Of a stretch of DNA of 29,964 nucleotides, positions 9,218 through 17,445 are shown in pieces. This stretch comes from a virus. Its lineage: Duplodnaviria; Heunggongvirae; Uroviricota; Caudoviricetes. The DNA lies in IMG/VR virus record IMGVR_UViG_2778261393_000002. One strand, written 5' to 3'. The translations under genes were made by a program, and so were the position numbers. Below the pieces are notes generated by a model that did not search any database, was not told where the DNA came from, and was given only the letters and a program-made list of their open reading frames with translations. The number at the start of each line of letters is the position of its first letter. Position 1 is the stretch's first letter.

Positions 9218-9370
9218 CTCTGACTGAGAGTTTACTCACTTAGCCGCGTGTCCACTATTGCTGGGTAAGATCAATTATCATCCACACAGGATAAAGACAT
9301 CTGACCAGATTGCAGTATTAAAAGCTCTCATGCAGACTACGCACCCCATATCATATACAAGGTTATACTG

Positions 9371-9781
9371 ATGGCTCAGGTTGCCCTTTTTAAAGAAATA
9401 TTTGATCAAGTGCGGAAAGATTTAAACTGTGACCGATTTTACTCTGAACTAAAACGTCACAATGTCTCACATTACATTTACTATTTAGCCACAGGTAATA
9501 TTCACGTTGTATTGAAAAATGATAACGCAGTGTTAATAAAAGGACTTGAGGAGGTTGTGAATGTTAAATTTCGCAGAGACACGCGACTTATAGAAACTTA
9601 CTCTCATAAGTTGAAATCAAGAGAAATCACATTTCATGAATACAGGGAAAATCTGGCTAAGGCTGGAGTTTTCCGATGGGTTACAAATGTCCATGAACAC
9701 AAAAGGTATTACTATACCTTTGACAACTCATTATTGTTTACCGAAAGCATTCAGAACACGACACAATTTTTTCCACGCTAA
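9371..9781 (+). CDS. DUF1398 / YbcV-like prophage protein
   Basis: 136 aa ([47 protein letters not shown] ...) closely resembles DLP12 YbcV as recalled. Upstream of and co-oriented with bor. Confidence 0.7.
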   Translation: MAQVALFKEIFDQVRKDLNCDRFYSELKRHNVSHYIYYLATGNIHVVLKNDNAVLIKGLEEVVNVKFRRDTRLIETYSHKLKSREITFHEYRENLAKAGVFRWVTNVHEHKRYYYTFDNSLLFTESIQNTTQFFPR

Positions 9782-10005
9782 ACCATATCGCCCGGTTTAA
9801 TCCCCCTCACTATCCGGCACTCCCACACAGGAGTTACCAGTCGGTACTGAGGACATAGTTAATCCGGGAATACAATGAAAATACAGCACATCTGGCATAC
9901 TTTAATAAACATTAAAAATATGAGATTTCAACTCATTGTTTAGGTTTTGTTTAAATTTCTACAAATACGATTCAACAACCTTAAAAACACAACGGGAATA
10001 ACACT

Positions 10006-10299
10006 ATGAAAAAAACGCTACTCACTTTCACGCTGGCCCTGCTTATCTCTGGATGTGCTCAACAGACGTTTACTGTTGAAAACCAACCGACAACAGTAAC
10101 ACCGAAGGAAACCATCACTCATCATTTCTTCGTTTCTGGAATTGGTCAGAAGAAAACTGTCGATGCAGCCAAAATTTGTGGTGGCGCAGAAAAAGTTGTT
10201 AAGACTGAAACCCAGCAAACATTCGTAAATGGATTGCTCGGTTTTATCACTTTCGGCATTTATACTCCGCTGGAAGCTCGGGTATATTGCTCACAATAA
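10006..10299 (+). CDS. bor: Bor lipoprotein (serum-resistance lipoprotein)
   Basis: 97 aa with signal peptide and lipobox LISGC. Sequence near-identical to lambda Bor/BorD as recalled. Convergent with the lysis genes as in lambda. Confidence 0.85.
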   Translation: MKKTLLTFTLALLISGCAQQTFTVENQPTTVTPKETITHHFFVSGIGQKKTVDAAKICGGAEKVVKTETQQTFVNGLLGFITFGIYTPLEARVYCSQ

Positions 10300-10307
10300 T
10301 ATCATAA

Positions 10308-10329
10308 GTTGCCCATCTCGATGGGCAAC
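10308..10329. terminator. Perfect 10-bp stem hairpin after bor
   Basis: GTTGCCCATC TC GATGGGCAAC at 10308-10329, 9 nt after the bor stop. No strong T-run, so terminator function is uncertain. Confidence 0.45.
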
Positions 10330-10616
10330 TCTATCTGCACTTGATGCGCAAATAACAACCTCCAAAAGAAAAATAGCAAAAGCAGACCGTGTCACATAAA
10401 GACGTGCAGTTACTTTCTTTTCTATTCCTTTCATAACAGACGGCTTTAAAAGAAGATTTATACGATCTGCCGAGGATTTTTCTCTGTACTCACTGATTCA
10501 TATTCTCCTCTTTGTTTGGTATAAAAACCGAACTCTTTCTCCAGTCGTTTTTCTTGTTCGGTAAGTCTAATAACAAGCTAACCGCAGGTTGGATTTACTG
10601 GCCTCATTAATGCCAA

Positions 10617-11162
10617 CTACACCACCACGCGCTCTTTCATCCAGCCATACACGAACGATTCATTAGCCTCACGTTTTTCTGCCAGTTCAAGGTAGCGATC
10701 TCCCTGCGTACAGTTTAGCGCTGTCAGAATCACCAACTCACCATCCCTGCCACGTTTTGACAAATAGGCGCGTAACGCATTAATGGTACGTGGGCCGATA
10801 CAACCATCTGCATCAATGTCCGGATACAACTCTCCTTTCTGGTTAAATACATTAAGCCAGCGCTGAAGCATTCTGGATGCCACTGACGGCCCCATGTTTA
10901 CGCCGGTATCACACAATTCAGCAGCGATCTCCGGAGACAGGCTCGCAACCTTGTGAAAACGTGGCCCGTACCAGTAGTCCGCTTCAAGAATTTCGAGGGC
11001 CTGCCCACGCGTCAGGTCACGAATATCCCCCTGATAACCGTGTGCACGGGCAACTTTTCCAGTAATGCCCCATTTAGTCGGACCACCTTTATCATCAGGG
11101 TGGTTGACGTAGCCGCCCTCTTTGCCAAGAACAGCATCAAAAATTTCATCTTTCGACTTCAT
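10617..11162 (-). CDS. Endolysin, GH108-type lysozyme with peptidoglycan-binding domain
   Basis: Start taken at MKSKDEIF (codon 11160-11162). Motif LGKEGGYVNHPDDKGGPTKWGIT is characteristic of the GH108 N-terminal domain. Follows two holin-like genes. Confidence 0.75.
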   Translation of the reverse strand: MKSKDEIFDAVLGKEGGYVNHPDDKGGPTKWGITGKVARAHGYQGDIRDLTRGQALEILEADYWYGPRFHKVASLSPEIAAELCDTGVNMGPSVASRMLQRWLNVFNQKGELYPDIDADGCIGPRTINALRAYLSKRGRDGELVILTALNCTQGDRYLELAEKREANESFVYGWMKERVVV

Positions 11163-11163
11163 C

Positions 11164-11442
11164 TCAGCGCCTTCGTAATACAAAGATTTTTGAAACGTTC
11201 CCACGAGCACGAACCACCAGCACGCAGAACAGCAGGTTAAAAAACACTTCCAGCCAGCCCGTTGCTAACGGGCGACCACACAGATAGCTGAGGGGCGCAA
11301 AGGCATACAGCAGCATCAGCAACCAGGCCAGCCATGACATCAGCGGTTTATGTCTGGAATCACGACGACGATAAAAAAAGAGCGTCAGCACGATAACCGT
11401 GCATAACGCCACATTCAGCAATCCGGGAAGGTTACTTAACAT
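11164..11442 (-). CDS. Holin or antiholin-like small membrane protein
   Basis: 92 aa from MLSNLPGLL with 2-3 predicted hydrophobic helices and a basic C-terminus. Located between a holin-like gene and the endolysin. Confidence 0.55.
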   Translation of the reverse strand: MLSNLPGLLNVALCTVIVLTLFFYRRRDSRHKPLMSWLAWLLMLLYAFAPLSYLCGRPLATGWLEVFFNLLFCVLVVRARGNVSKIFVLRRR

Positions 11443-11824
11443 TGCCGCCTCCTCCACCCCGCAGGCGGGAGAACAGGCCGGACACCAGCGATGCAATATC
11501 CTGCTGGTGGATGAACGAGAGAATCTTCACCGACACCACCGCCACCAGCACCGCACACAGAGCATCCGCCGATGTACCGTCATAACCTGTTTTTGATGCA
11601 ATCCAGGCTGACAGCACATGCGCACCCAGCACGCCAACGATAAACGACACCAGAAAATGCGCTGCCACACGCCAGGCAGATAGTGCCTGCGGCATTGTGG
11701 CCACAAACAGCGCCCCGGCAAATGCGCCAAACACAATCCCGAAATCCGTTCCGGTAAACAGCCCGAATACCGTCGCCCCGCCGAGCGCCGCAGCCGTGCC
11801 GGAACCGGATAAGGGTTCAGACAT
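11432..11824 (-). CDS. Putative holin, multi-TM membrane protein
   Basis: 131 aa from MSEPLSGSG (SD GGAG upstream) with several Gly/Ala-rich hydrophobic helices. First gene of the lysis cassette. Confidence 0.6.
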   Translation of the reverse strand: MSEPLSGSGTAAALGGATVFGLFTGTDFGIVFGAFAGALFVATMPQALSAWRVAAHFLVSFIVGVLGAHVLSAWIASKTGYDGTSADALCAVLVAVVSVKILSFIHQQDIASLVSGLFSRLRGGGGGNVK

Positions 11825-12003
11825 ACTTTTTCTCCTGTAAATAAAAAAGGGCCACTGTCGGCCCGTAAAAAAACAACACCCCGTCAAAGGCACCCGCAGA
11901 TACCTTTTGTGTGGTGTTATCTGATGTGATGTGCGCCGGACGTGGCGCGGATATAAAAAAGGCCCGCCGCAGCGAGCCTGTTTTCAATGAGTGCAAAATT
12001 CAA

Positions 12004-12747
12004 TTATTCTTGAGTAACACTTAAACTCATCTCATTGAATGCAGCCATCCTGTAACCTGCCGGTGTAACACCAAAATAACTCCTGAATACGCTGATAAAA
12101 TAAGATGTAAAATTATAGCCACACTGAGCAGCGATTCTGTTGATGGCGCAACGAGATTGATTCAACAGCATTGCTGCCATTCTCATTCTCTCTGTAAGCA
12201 ACAACTCACTGAAACAGGTGCCTTCTTCTTTCAGTCTTTTTTTTAACAAACTTTCACTGATACATAACCGCGAAGACACATCTCTCAGAGTCCAGTTTGC
12301 TGCAATGTCCGTACGAAACAATGCACTAAGCCTGTCACTAATATTGCCAATACACGCGGTCAGAAACGACGAAAACATTTTCTCTGATGAGAAAAACGCC
12401 AGACACGAAAAGGAAAGCATTTCCGCTAAATTGTCCGTATGAATCTTTTCCTCACAAAGATAATCAATCAGGATGCCCATCAATTCTGCCTTGGGAAAAC
12501 TCACGCAAAGATATCGTGGTATTTGCCGGACTAAAACTACATCCTGTTTTTCGTCTCCACACAACAGGTAACGGATAATTGTCGATTCACTGAGACTTAT
12601 TCGCCGAAAACATTCCGAAAAGGGCAATAACGATCCAGCTCCCCCCCTGACAAGAAGTGCACTACCACTTTCCAGAGAGAGCTCTTTTCCTTCAAAGAGC
12701 ACAACAAACGGGGAATGAACAAAAACAACAGAACAAGCTTCATTCAT
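12004..12747 (-). CDS. AraC-family transcriptional regulator, AppY/GadX-like
   Basis: C-terminal AraC HTH signature (SESLLKKRLKEEGTCFSELLLTERMRMAAMLLNQSRCAINRIAAQCGYNFTSYFISVFRSYFGVTPAGY). N-terminal CSVVF motif shared with DLP12 AppY as recalled. Start taken at MNEACSVVF. Confidence 0.8.
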   Translation of the reverse strand: MNEACSVVFVHSPFVVLFEGKELSLESGSALLVRGGAGSLLPFSECFRRISLSESTIIRYLLCGDEKQDVVLVRQIPRYLCVSFPKAELMGILIDYLCEEKIHTDNLAEMLSFSCLAFFSSEKMFSSFLTACIGNISDRLSALFRTDIAANWTLRDVSSRLCISESLLKKRLKEEGTCFSELLLTERMRMAAMLLNQSRCAINRIAAQCGYNFTSYFISVFRSYFGVTPAGYRMAAFNEMSLSVTQE

Positions 12748-12969
12748 ATCAATTGCCCTGACATTACTGGTCACAAGATAAGTATATATCGATTTACAAA
12801 AATACAAGCCGAAAGACCAGTATTCGCAACCACCAGCGCGTTTAACGTCCTGTACCGTTTTTCAGGCATAAAAAACCCGCTCAGTGGCGGGTTTAAGCTG
12901 TTTGGCGTAGTAACCACTCTTAACAGGATATTCAACTTTTTACGATCGTAAAGCGTTCGGGGAAAATTT

Positions 12970-13458
12970 TTAAAACCGTTCCAGAGTGCATACCATCGCA
13001 TCGGCGGGTAGTTTTTCCGTGAAGTCGACCTGACCGTGTTTATCGAAGTGGATCAGTAATGCGCATCCATCATTTTGGGTTGGGGTGTTTTGTGCTGCTG
13101 GTGGTTGTTTTTGGCTGAAATAACAGTCTTCCAGTTTTTCGAACACTTCCCACGCCTGATCGGTTTCCAGCATTTTGGCGTGACGGGCTGCTCCGCGTTC
13201 TGTCCAGAGGATGAGGTGCTTTGTACGCGGTGCAACTAAGTTACTTTGAGTAACCTTGTTCTTAAATTCCCGCAACTCAGCCCCTTCCAATTTGAAGTAG
13301 TGTTTCCCACAAACAAAACGCTCGGCATTGCGTGTATAGTTCACTTTGATGTTATTAGTTTCGGTGCCATAAAGTTGTGCCAAAAGCTCGGTAGTAATGA
13401 CAGGGATTTGGTTATGGGTGATCGGGGAAAGAGTTTCAACTGAGATTTGAATAGCCAT
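12970..13458 (-). CDS. ORF6N-domain DNA-binding protein, antirepressor-like
   Basis: 162 aa. N-terminus (ITTELLAQLYGTETNNIKVNYTRNAERFVCGKHYFKLEGAELREFK) fits the ORF6N/KilA-N-like pattern. SD AAGGA upstream. Confidence 0.6.
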   Translation of the reverse strand: MAIQISVETLSPITHNQIPVITTELLAQLYGTETNNIKVNYTRNAERFVCGKHYFKLEGAELREFKNKVTQSNLVAPRTKHLILWTERGAARHAKMLETDQAWEVFEKLEDCYFSQKQPPAAQNTPTQNDGCALLIHFDKHGQVDFTEKLPADAMVCTLERF

Positions 13459-13612
13459 AGGATGATCCTTTTTCTATGTGAATCATCACCACTGCTGACG
13501 CCAATCAGTATGGTGGTGAACTGTGCAGGGTTGGCGTAACCGGGAAAAAGGAACCGGCGCGGATCGCTCCGCCCCCACACAGCCCACCATTGAGATGTGA
13601 CAGTGCAAACGA

Positions 13613-13637
13613 CAATAAAAAAGACGCTGGCGCGTCT
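13613..13637 (-). terminator. tR'-like Rho-independent terminator downstream of Q
   Basis: Stem AGACGC (13622-13627) and GCGTCT (13632-13637) with 4-nt loop, then a U-run on the minus strand (plus-strand AATAAAAA 13613-13620). About 95 nt downstream of the Q stop, as expected for a late-promoter leader terminator. Confidence 0.5.
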
Positions 13638-13731
13638 GTTGTCGCCTTTTTCATCCGGGACGCCAATCCCGACGCCAGATTTTGCTGGCGCGTGAGGAAT
13701 ATAGCCCCGGACAATGTGTCTGGTCAAGCTC

Positions 13732-14127
13732 CTACATGATTCGTTCTACGTATCTGTCCATCTCCAGTCGGATATCAAGCATCATCAACATGCCATCAAT
13801 AACCCCTTCCGCTTTCTGCAGGCGCTTGCCAATACAGGTATCCGAACACCCATGCTTTCGTGCCAACCCCATAAAAGTCATTCCACCTACGTAATAATCC
13901 ACCAACAAATCGTGCAAATCCTGATTTTTCTTGTTCAACCGGGCCATACAGCCACAAATTATCATTGCATCATCATCAGAACACTGAGGGCGTGATTTCA
14001 CTTTCGGCGGGATTAATCCTTTAAAACCAGCAGCGATTGACGCCCATGACACATCTTCGTGATTGTTCGCAGCCCATGCTCCCCACCGCTCCATAACCTG
14101 CTGAATATCACGCACCATCGTTATCAC
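13732..14127 (-). CDS. Late-gene antiterminator Q (QuuD / phage 82 family)
   Basis: 131 aa ([60 protein letters not shown] ...) closely resembles DLP12 QuuD as recalled. Start may be M1 or M4. Confidence 0.8.
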   Translation of the reverse strand: MITMVRDIQQVMERWGAWAANNHEDVSWASIAAGFKGLIPPKVKSRPQCSDDDAMIICGCMARLNKKNQDLHDLLVDYYVGGMTFMGLARKHGCSDTCIGKRLQKAEGVIDGMLMMLDIRLEMDRYVERIM

Positions 14128-14485
14128 CTGTAATTTCGTAAATCTTCACGCCCAACCGCCCACCAGGAACAGGCAGTCCGCGCACAATATTGATTTCATC
14201 AAACTGCTCGTCGTCTATAAGTAGTCCGGCATGCGTCAGCGCATCCAGTGGTGCCTTCAGGATATTGTCCAGGTCGCGGCGGCGCTTATCCGGTGGCTCT
14301 GCAATAATTTTTATTGCCAGCCTTCCGGACAGGTTTAATTTCAGTCGCTGCTGGCGAACAATAAGCGCCACATCACGGCGATAACGCTCACCGGCTTTTG
14401 ATACAAAATATGTGCTGCCACGACGTCGCCAGTAGGTATTCACCGTCGGCGGGTAAGGCAAAACAAATTCTATGCGTTCAGTCAT
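14108..14485 (-). CDS. rusA: Holliday junction resolvase RusA
   Basis: 125 aa with RusA pattern ([31 protein letters not shown] ... GGRLGVKI). Confidence 0.85.
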   Translation of the reverse strand: MTERIEFVLPYPPTVNTYWRRRGSTYFVSKAGERYRRDVALIVRQQRLKLNLSGRLAIKIIAEPPDKRRRDLDNILKAPLDALTHAGLLIDDEQFDEINIVRGLPVPGGRLGVKIYEITGDNDGA

Positions 14486-15616
14486 TCATGCTTTCCACTT
14501 CAGGACACCCGAATTTCTCGCGTGCATTAAAAAACGAATCAGCAACAACAGCTGGCTGCCGTGTTTTTCTTCAAAATCTTTTACCCCGGCGTGCAGTTCG
14601 TTATGACATTTACGGCACAGCGGAATAACAAACAAATCATCAGCCTTTGTTCCCATCCCTCCCTGACCGTGACCAATCAGGTGATGGGGATCGTCGGCTG
14701 GTTGACCACAACACGCACACGGCTGTGTCTTCACCCAGCGCGTATATTTCTCATTTACCCAACGGCGACGTTTAGGTCGCCTCATGAAAGATTCCGGAGA
14801 CTCCGGATCAACGGTGATGCATACCACCGTCTTTTCCTGTGATGGGTTTTGTTGCTGGTGGGCGTGAGGCAACGGTGCAAGATTTTTTGTGCGCTGTTTC
14901 AATATGCTGGTGGCGGTCTGCTCTCCCGGTACGATGTCGCTTTCGCGGTACACCGAGCAGTTTTTTTCCGCTGGTAATCCCAGCGAGCGACGTAATACCG
15001 CTTCCGGTAGCGCGTCCGCCACCTGATTGCGGACCGCCCACCAGGATAATTCAGCCAGAGATAATTCACGCTCCTGCGTACCGCTTATTGCGTGACCGAT
15101 GACGTCAATCATCCATGCTGACAGGTTTTGATGAGCAAGCTGCCCGAGTGATTCGGATGTCTGGTCACGCAACTGGTTGTCGCAGTGCCAGCACAACACC
15201 ATCGCGCCGGTACCGTAACGATGTATGACGATTTCACTGTGATGATAGTCACCATGAGGCCACTGGCAGGATTTGACATGACGCAACAGCCAGTCAGACA
15301 GTGCCCCAGCGCCGCCAGCAGCACGAATCACCCGCTCATCGCTGAAAAATGGCAGTAATGATTTATCCTCCGCCAGCGGCTGGCGAACGGCAGGGACGAC
15401 TCCGGACGGCAGACCGCGCATGCTTTTCGGTTCAGGCTCCACCAGCACTCGAGGGTTATGAAATACTTGCATGGATTCACGGCCCGGCCTAAGGACCACC
15501 AGCCCAAGTTCCGGTACCAGAACAGGTCGAAGTAATATCCGCACGTTACCTCCAGATCCGTTGCTGGTATGTGCGGGATGGGCGCGGTGGGCGTTCGGAA
15601 TAAGGGAGCCTGACAT
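14486..15616 (-). CDS. DUF968-domain protein, YdfU-like
   Basis: C-terminal Cys/His-rich domain (CACCGQPADDPHHL ... IPLCRKCHNELH) typical of DUF968 proteins in lambdoid nin regions. N-terminal start uncertain (M1 at 15616 overlaps the upstream ORF; alternative Met at 15472). Confidence 0.7.
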   Translation of the reverse strand: MSGSLIPNAHRAHPAHTSNGSGGNVRILLRPVLVPELGLVVLRPGRESMQVFHNPRVLVEPEPKSMRGLPSGVVPAVRQPLAEDKSLLPFFSDERVIRAAGGAGALSDWLLRHVKSCQWPHGDYHHSEIVIHRYGTGAMVLCWHCDNQLRDQTSESLGQLAHQNLSAWMIDVIGHAISGTQERELSLAELSWWAVRNQVADALPEAVLRRSLGLPAEKNCSVYRESDIVPGEQTATSILKQRTKNLAPLPHAHQQQNPSQEKTVVCITVDPESPESFMRRPKRRRWVNEKYTRWVKTQPCACCGQPADDPHHLIGHGQGGMGTKADDLFVIPLCRKCHNELHAGVKDFEEKHGSQLLLLIRFLMHARNSGVLKWKA

Positions 15617-15824
15617 AGATTATCCAGTGACGATAATCGAGGCTGAGGGCTTTCTTAATCTCGTATCCGCGTCTGCGATAGTTATGAATTAGCCATTCGG
15701 CCTGTTCTTCAGTACATGGGTCATGCTGGAACCAGTCAGATTTGAAAGTGCGGGAACGCCGCCCGCGCCTGCTGGCAAAGACGGCAGAATCATCAGAATT
15801 GTGTAATTTGGTATCGTGCGCCAT
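15546..15824 (-). CDS. Small prophage protein, possibly Rem-like
   Basis: Start taken at MAHDTKLH (92 aa), so that it does not overlap the terminator at 15895-15921. Positional analogue of rem between ydfU and hok in K-12 Qin. Weak SD. Confidence 0.3.
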   Translation of the reverse strand: MAHDTKLHNSDDSAVFASRRGRRSRTFKSDWFQHDPCTEEQAEWLIHNYRRRGYEIKKALSLDYRHWIIYVRLPYSERPPRPSRTYQQRIWR

Positions 15825-15894
15825 CGGTTGTCTCTGCTGGCGCAGCAGGTGCCAGTTGTTCAGGCTGGCGTGCGAATTGTAAACCAGAATGCCA

Positions 15895-15921
15895 GGAAAA
15901 AACAAAACCCGCCGAAGCGGG
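15895..15921 (-). terminator. Rho-independent terminator, UUCG-loop hairpin plus U-run
   Basis: Minus strand reads CCCGC UUCG GCGGG followed by TTTTGTTTTTT (plus 15895-15921). Confidence 0.5.
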
Positions 15922-16120
15922 TATGCTAAAACAAACTGAAAGTAATATACCGGACTTGTAAAGGAACGATAGAATAATTATTGGATTAAACCCTGACTCA
16001 ATCCAGATTTCATAGGCAACAACTACGGACTAATCATCACAGTCATGTTTGATAGGCTTAGTCCACATTGGGTGAGGGTTTACGGCGTTTTCACTAATAA
16101 TTTATCGTCCAAGCTATACA

Positions 16121-16513
16121 CTACTGCCCTGTTTTAACGAAGTTTTTAAAGGAAACAACTGCCTGATAGGGGTTTGGTTGACAGCCAAACATATTATCGC
16201 AAAAAGGCTTGATGAAAATTCTTGAGGATCCATCTTCATTTGGCATTTTACTCACTTGATAAGCGAGGAATGGACTATTTGGAGAGGGATTATAAGTGGA
16301 AATTAGCGTGTCTGTCGCCGTTTGAATTTTCCATGAGGAATTATTAGCCAACCAGAATTGCGCTCGTTTCCAATAAAAGTCACATTGCTTTTCATCATTA
16401 CATGTTAGTGGCTTCATTGCTTCTGCTTTCAACGCTGGATCGACCTTTGCTGCACACCCTCCCAACATTACTGTTGCAATCATTACACCTGCGACTAAAA
16501 CAAGTTTCTTCAT
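16121..16513 (-). CDS. Lipoprotein of unknown function (moron)
   Basis: 130 aa with signal peptide and lipobox (MKKLVLVAGVMIATVMLGGCAAK). Mature part has four Cys. Flanking DNA looks AT-rich by eye. Confidence 0.65.
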   Translation of the reverse strand: MKKLVLVAGVMIATVMLGGCAAKVDPALKAEAMKPLTCNDEKQCDFYWKRAQFWLANNSSWKIQTATDTLISTYNPSPNSPFLAYQVSKMPNEDGSSRIFIKPFCDNMFGCQPNPYQAVVSFKNFVKTGQ

Positions 16514-16656
16514 CTCCCTGCCCCATCAATAAAAGTTCGGTTCTCTAATAACTAGAGTTAATCAACGGAAAAAACGCCGAAGCGGGTTAAGTGCGGGTGC
16601 GTTGAGGATGCCTGACACATCAGAGGTGGCGAGGGATTTCTCCCCCGCCAGGTCTC

Positions 16657-16812
16657 TTACTCCTCAGGTTCGTAAGCTGTGAAGACAGCGACCTCCGTCT
16701 GGCCGGTTCGGATTCGTACCTCGCAGAGGTCTTTCCTCGTTACCAGTGCCGTCACAATGACGGTTAAACAGATGACGATCAGGGCGATTAACATCGCCTT
16801 TTGCTGCTTCAT
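16657..16812 (-). CDS. hokD: Hok/Gef-family type I toxin
   Basis: 51 aa MKQQKAMLIALIVICLTVIVTALVTRKDLCEVRIRTGQTEVAVFTAYEPEE with AAGGAG SD, matching HokD/RelF as recalled. An overlapping upstream frame (to 16869) is the mok-like reading frame. Confidence 0.85.
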   Translation of the reverse strand: MKQQKAMLIALIVICLTVIVTALVTRKDLCEVRIRTGQTEVAVFTAYEPEE

Positions 16813-17023
16813 AGCCTGCTTCTCCTTGCCTTTCGGCACGTAAGAGGCTAACCTAGATTTGCCGTTCATAGATTGAGCCTCAGATTAATGTTAAGCGTCT
16901 TGCAGGACGCGTAATGTTAACTGGGGCTTTTCTCTATCTGCCTTTGGTGTTCATGCCTGAGACAGATAGCCTCAAGCACCCGCAGCCATTCTACTTAACT
17001 CCCGTTACCTCGCCAATATAAAA

Positions 17024-17113
17024 TCAATCAGAAAGGCGATCCATAAGAACAACAGCAAGACAATAAATTGCCATTACAGCTGCAATAGCCAGCGCACATT
17101 TGAGAACCAGCAC
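17024..17113 (-). CDS. Candidate small hydrophobic peptide, 29 aa
   Basis: Perfect SD AGGAGG (plus 17119-17124), 5 nt spacer, GTG start (17111-17113). Translation (M)LVLKCALAIAAVMAIYCLAVVLMDRLSD is one transmembrane helix plus a short charged tail. Not in the supplied ORF track because it is under 60 aa. Confidence 0.3.
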   Translation of the reverse strand: MLVLKCALAIAAVMAIYCLAVVLMDRLSD

Positions 17114-17399
17114 GACAACCTCCTGTATTGGACGTACACCAGTCCTGATAAATATGAGGCTGTCTCATCATTGATGAGATACAACTATTGGGTATAGTTT
17201 CTGTGATTTTGTTCTGTAGAAATGGAACACAACAACCAGTCACCACCAGCACTTCTTTAAATACGCCAAGTCCGACGCAAGCTAACCTTCTAGTCCGCTT
17301 TGAGCGAGAAGCGGGCCTTTCGACAACCATATTTAGATGAATAGTGGGCTAGGAATACTTTAGCAATTACATTGCTAATATCAATATAAGTAGTAGATT

Positions 17400-17433
17400 C
17401 AAAAAAAATAAGCCACCTAAAAAGCATGGCTTA
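17400..17433 (-). terminator. Rho-independent terminator ending the AT-rich cargo cassette
   Basis: Stem TAAGCCA (17409-17415) and TGGCTTA (17427-17433), followed on the minus strand by an 8-nt U-run (plus-strand A-run 17401-17408). 13 nt after the stop of the 417-aa ORF. Confidence 0.6.
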
Positions 17434-17445
17434 ATTGCAAATAAA

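Larger units (their letters stand above)
8016..9273 (-). mobile_element. IS3: IS3 insertion sequence, complete 1258 bp
   Basis: Terminal inverted repeats beginning TGATCCTACCCACGTAATATGGACAC (8016-) and, reverse-complemented, TGATCTTACCCAGCAATAGTGGACAC (ending 9273). Flanked by 3-bp direct repeat ATT (8013-8015 and 9274-9276). Contains overlapping orfA/orfB. Confidence 0.95.

Noticed and set aside
10300-10616. Possible Rz/Rz1-like short ORF (MKGIEKKV...) on the minus strand
   Set aside because: Would run into the 3' end of bor and has no convincing lipobox or start signal. Not supportable as a spanin.
14839-15102. Small ORFs on both strands inside the DUF968 gene
   Set aside because: Overlap a supported coding region in other frames. 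Composition typical of out-of-frame translation of GC-rich coding DNA.
17028-17330. 100-aa minus-strand ORF upstream of hok
   Set aside because: Cys-rich low-complexity translation with no SD. The shorter 29-codon ORF with a perfect SD in a different frame is the more credible coding feature here.
16870-17445. Searched for relE/relB-like genes upstream of hok, as in the K-12 relBEF operon
   Set aside because: No ORF with RelE or RelB character in any frame.
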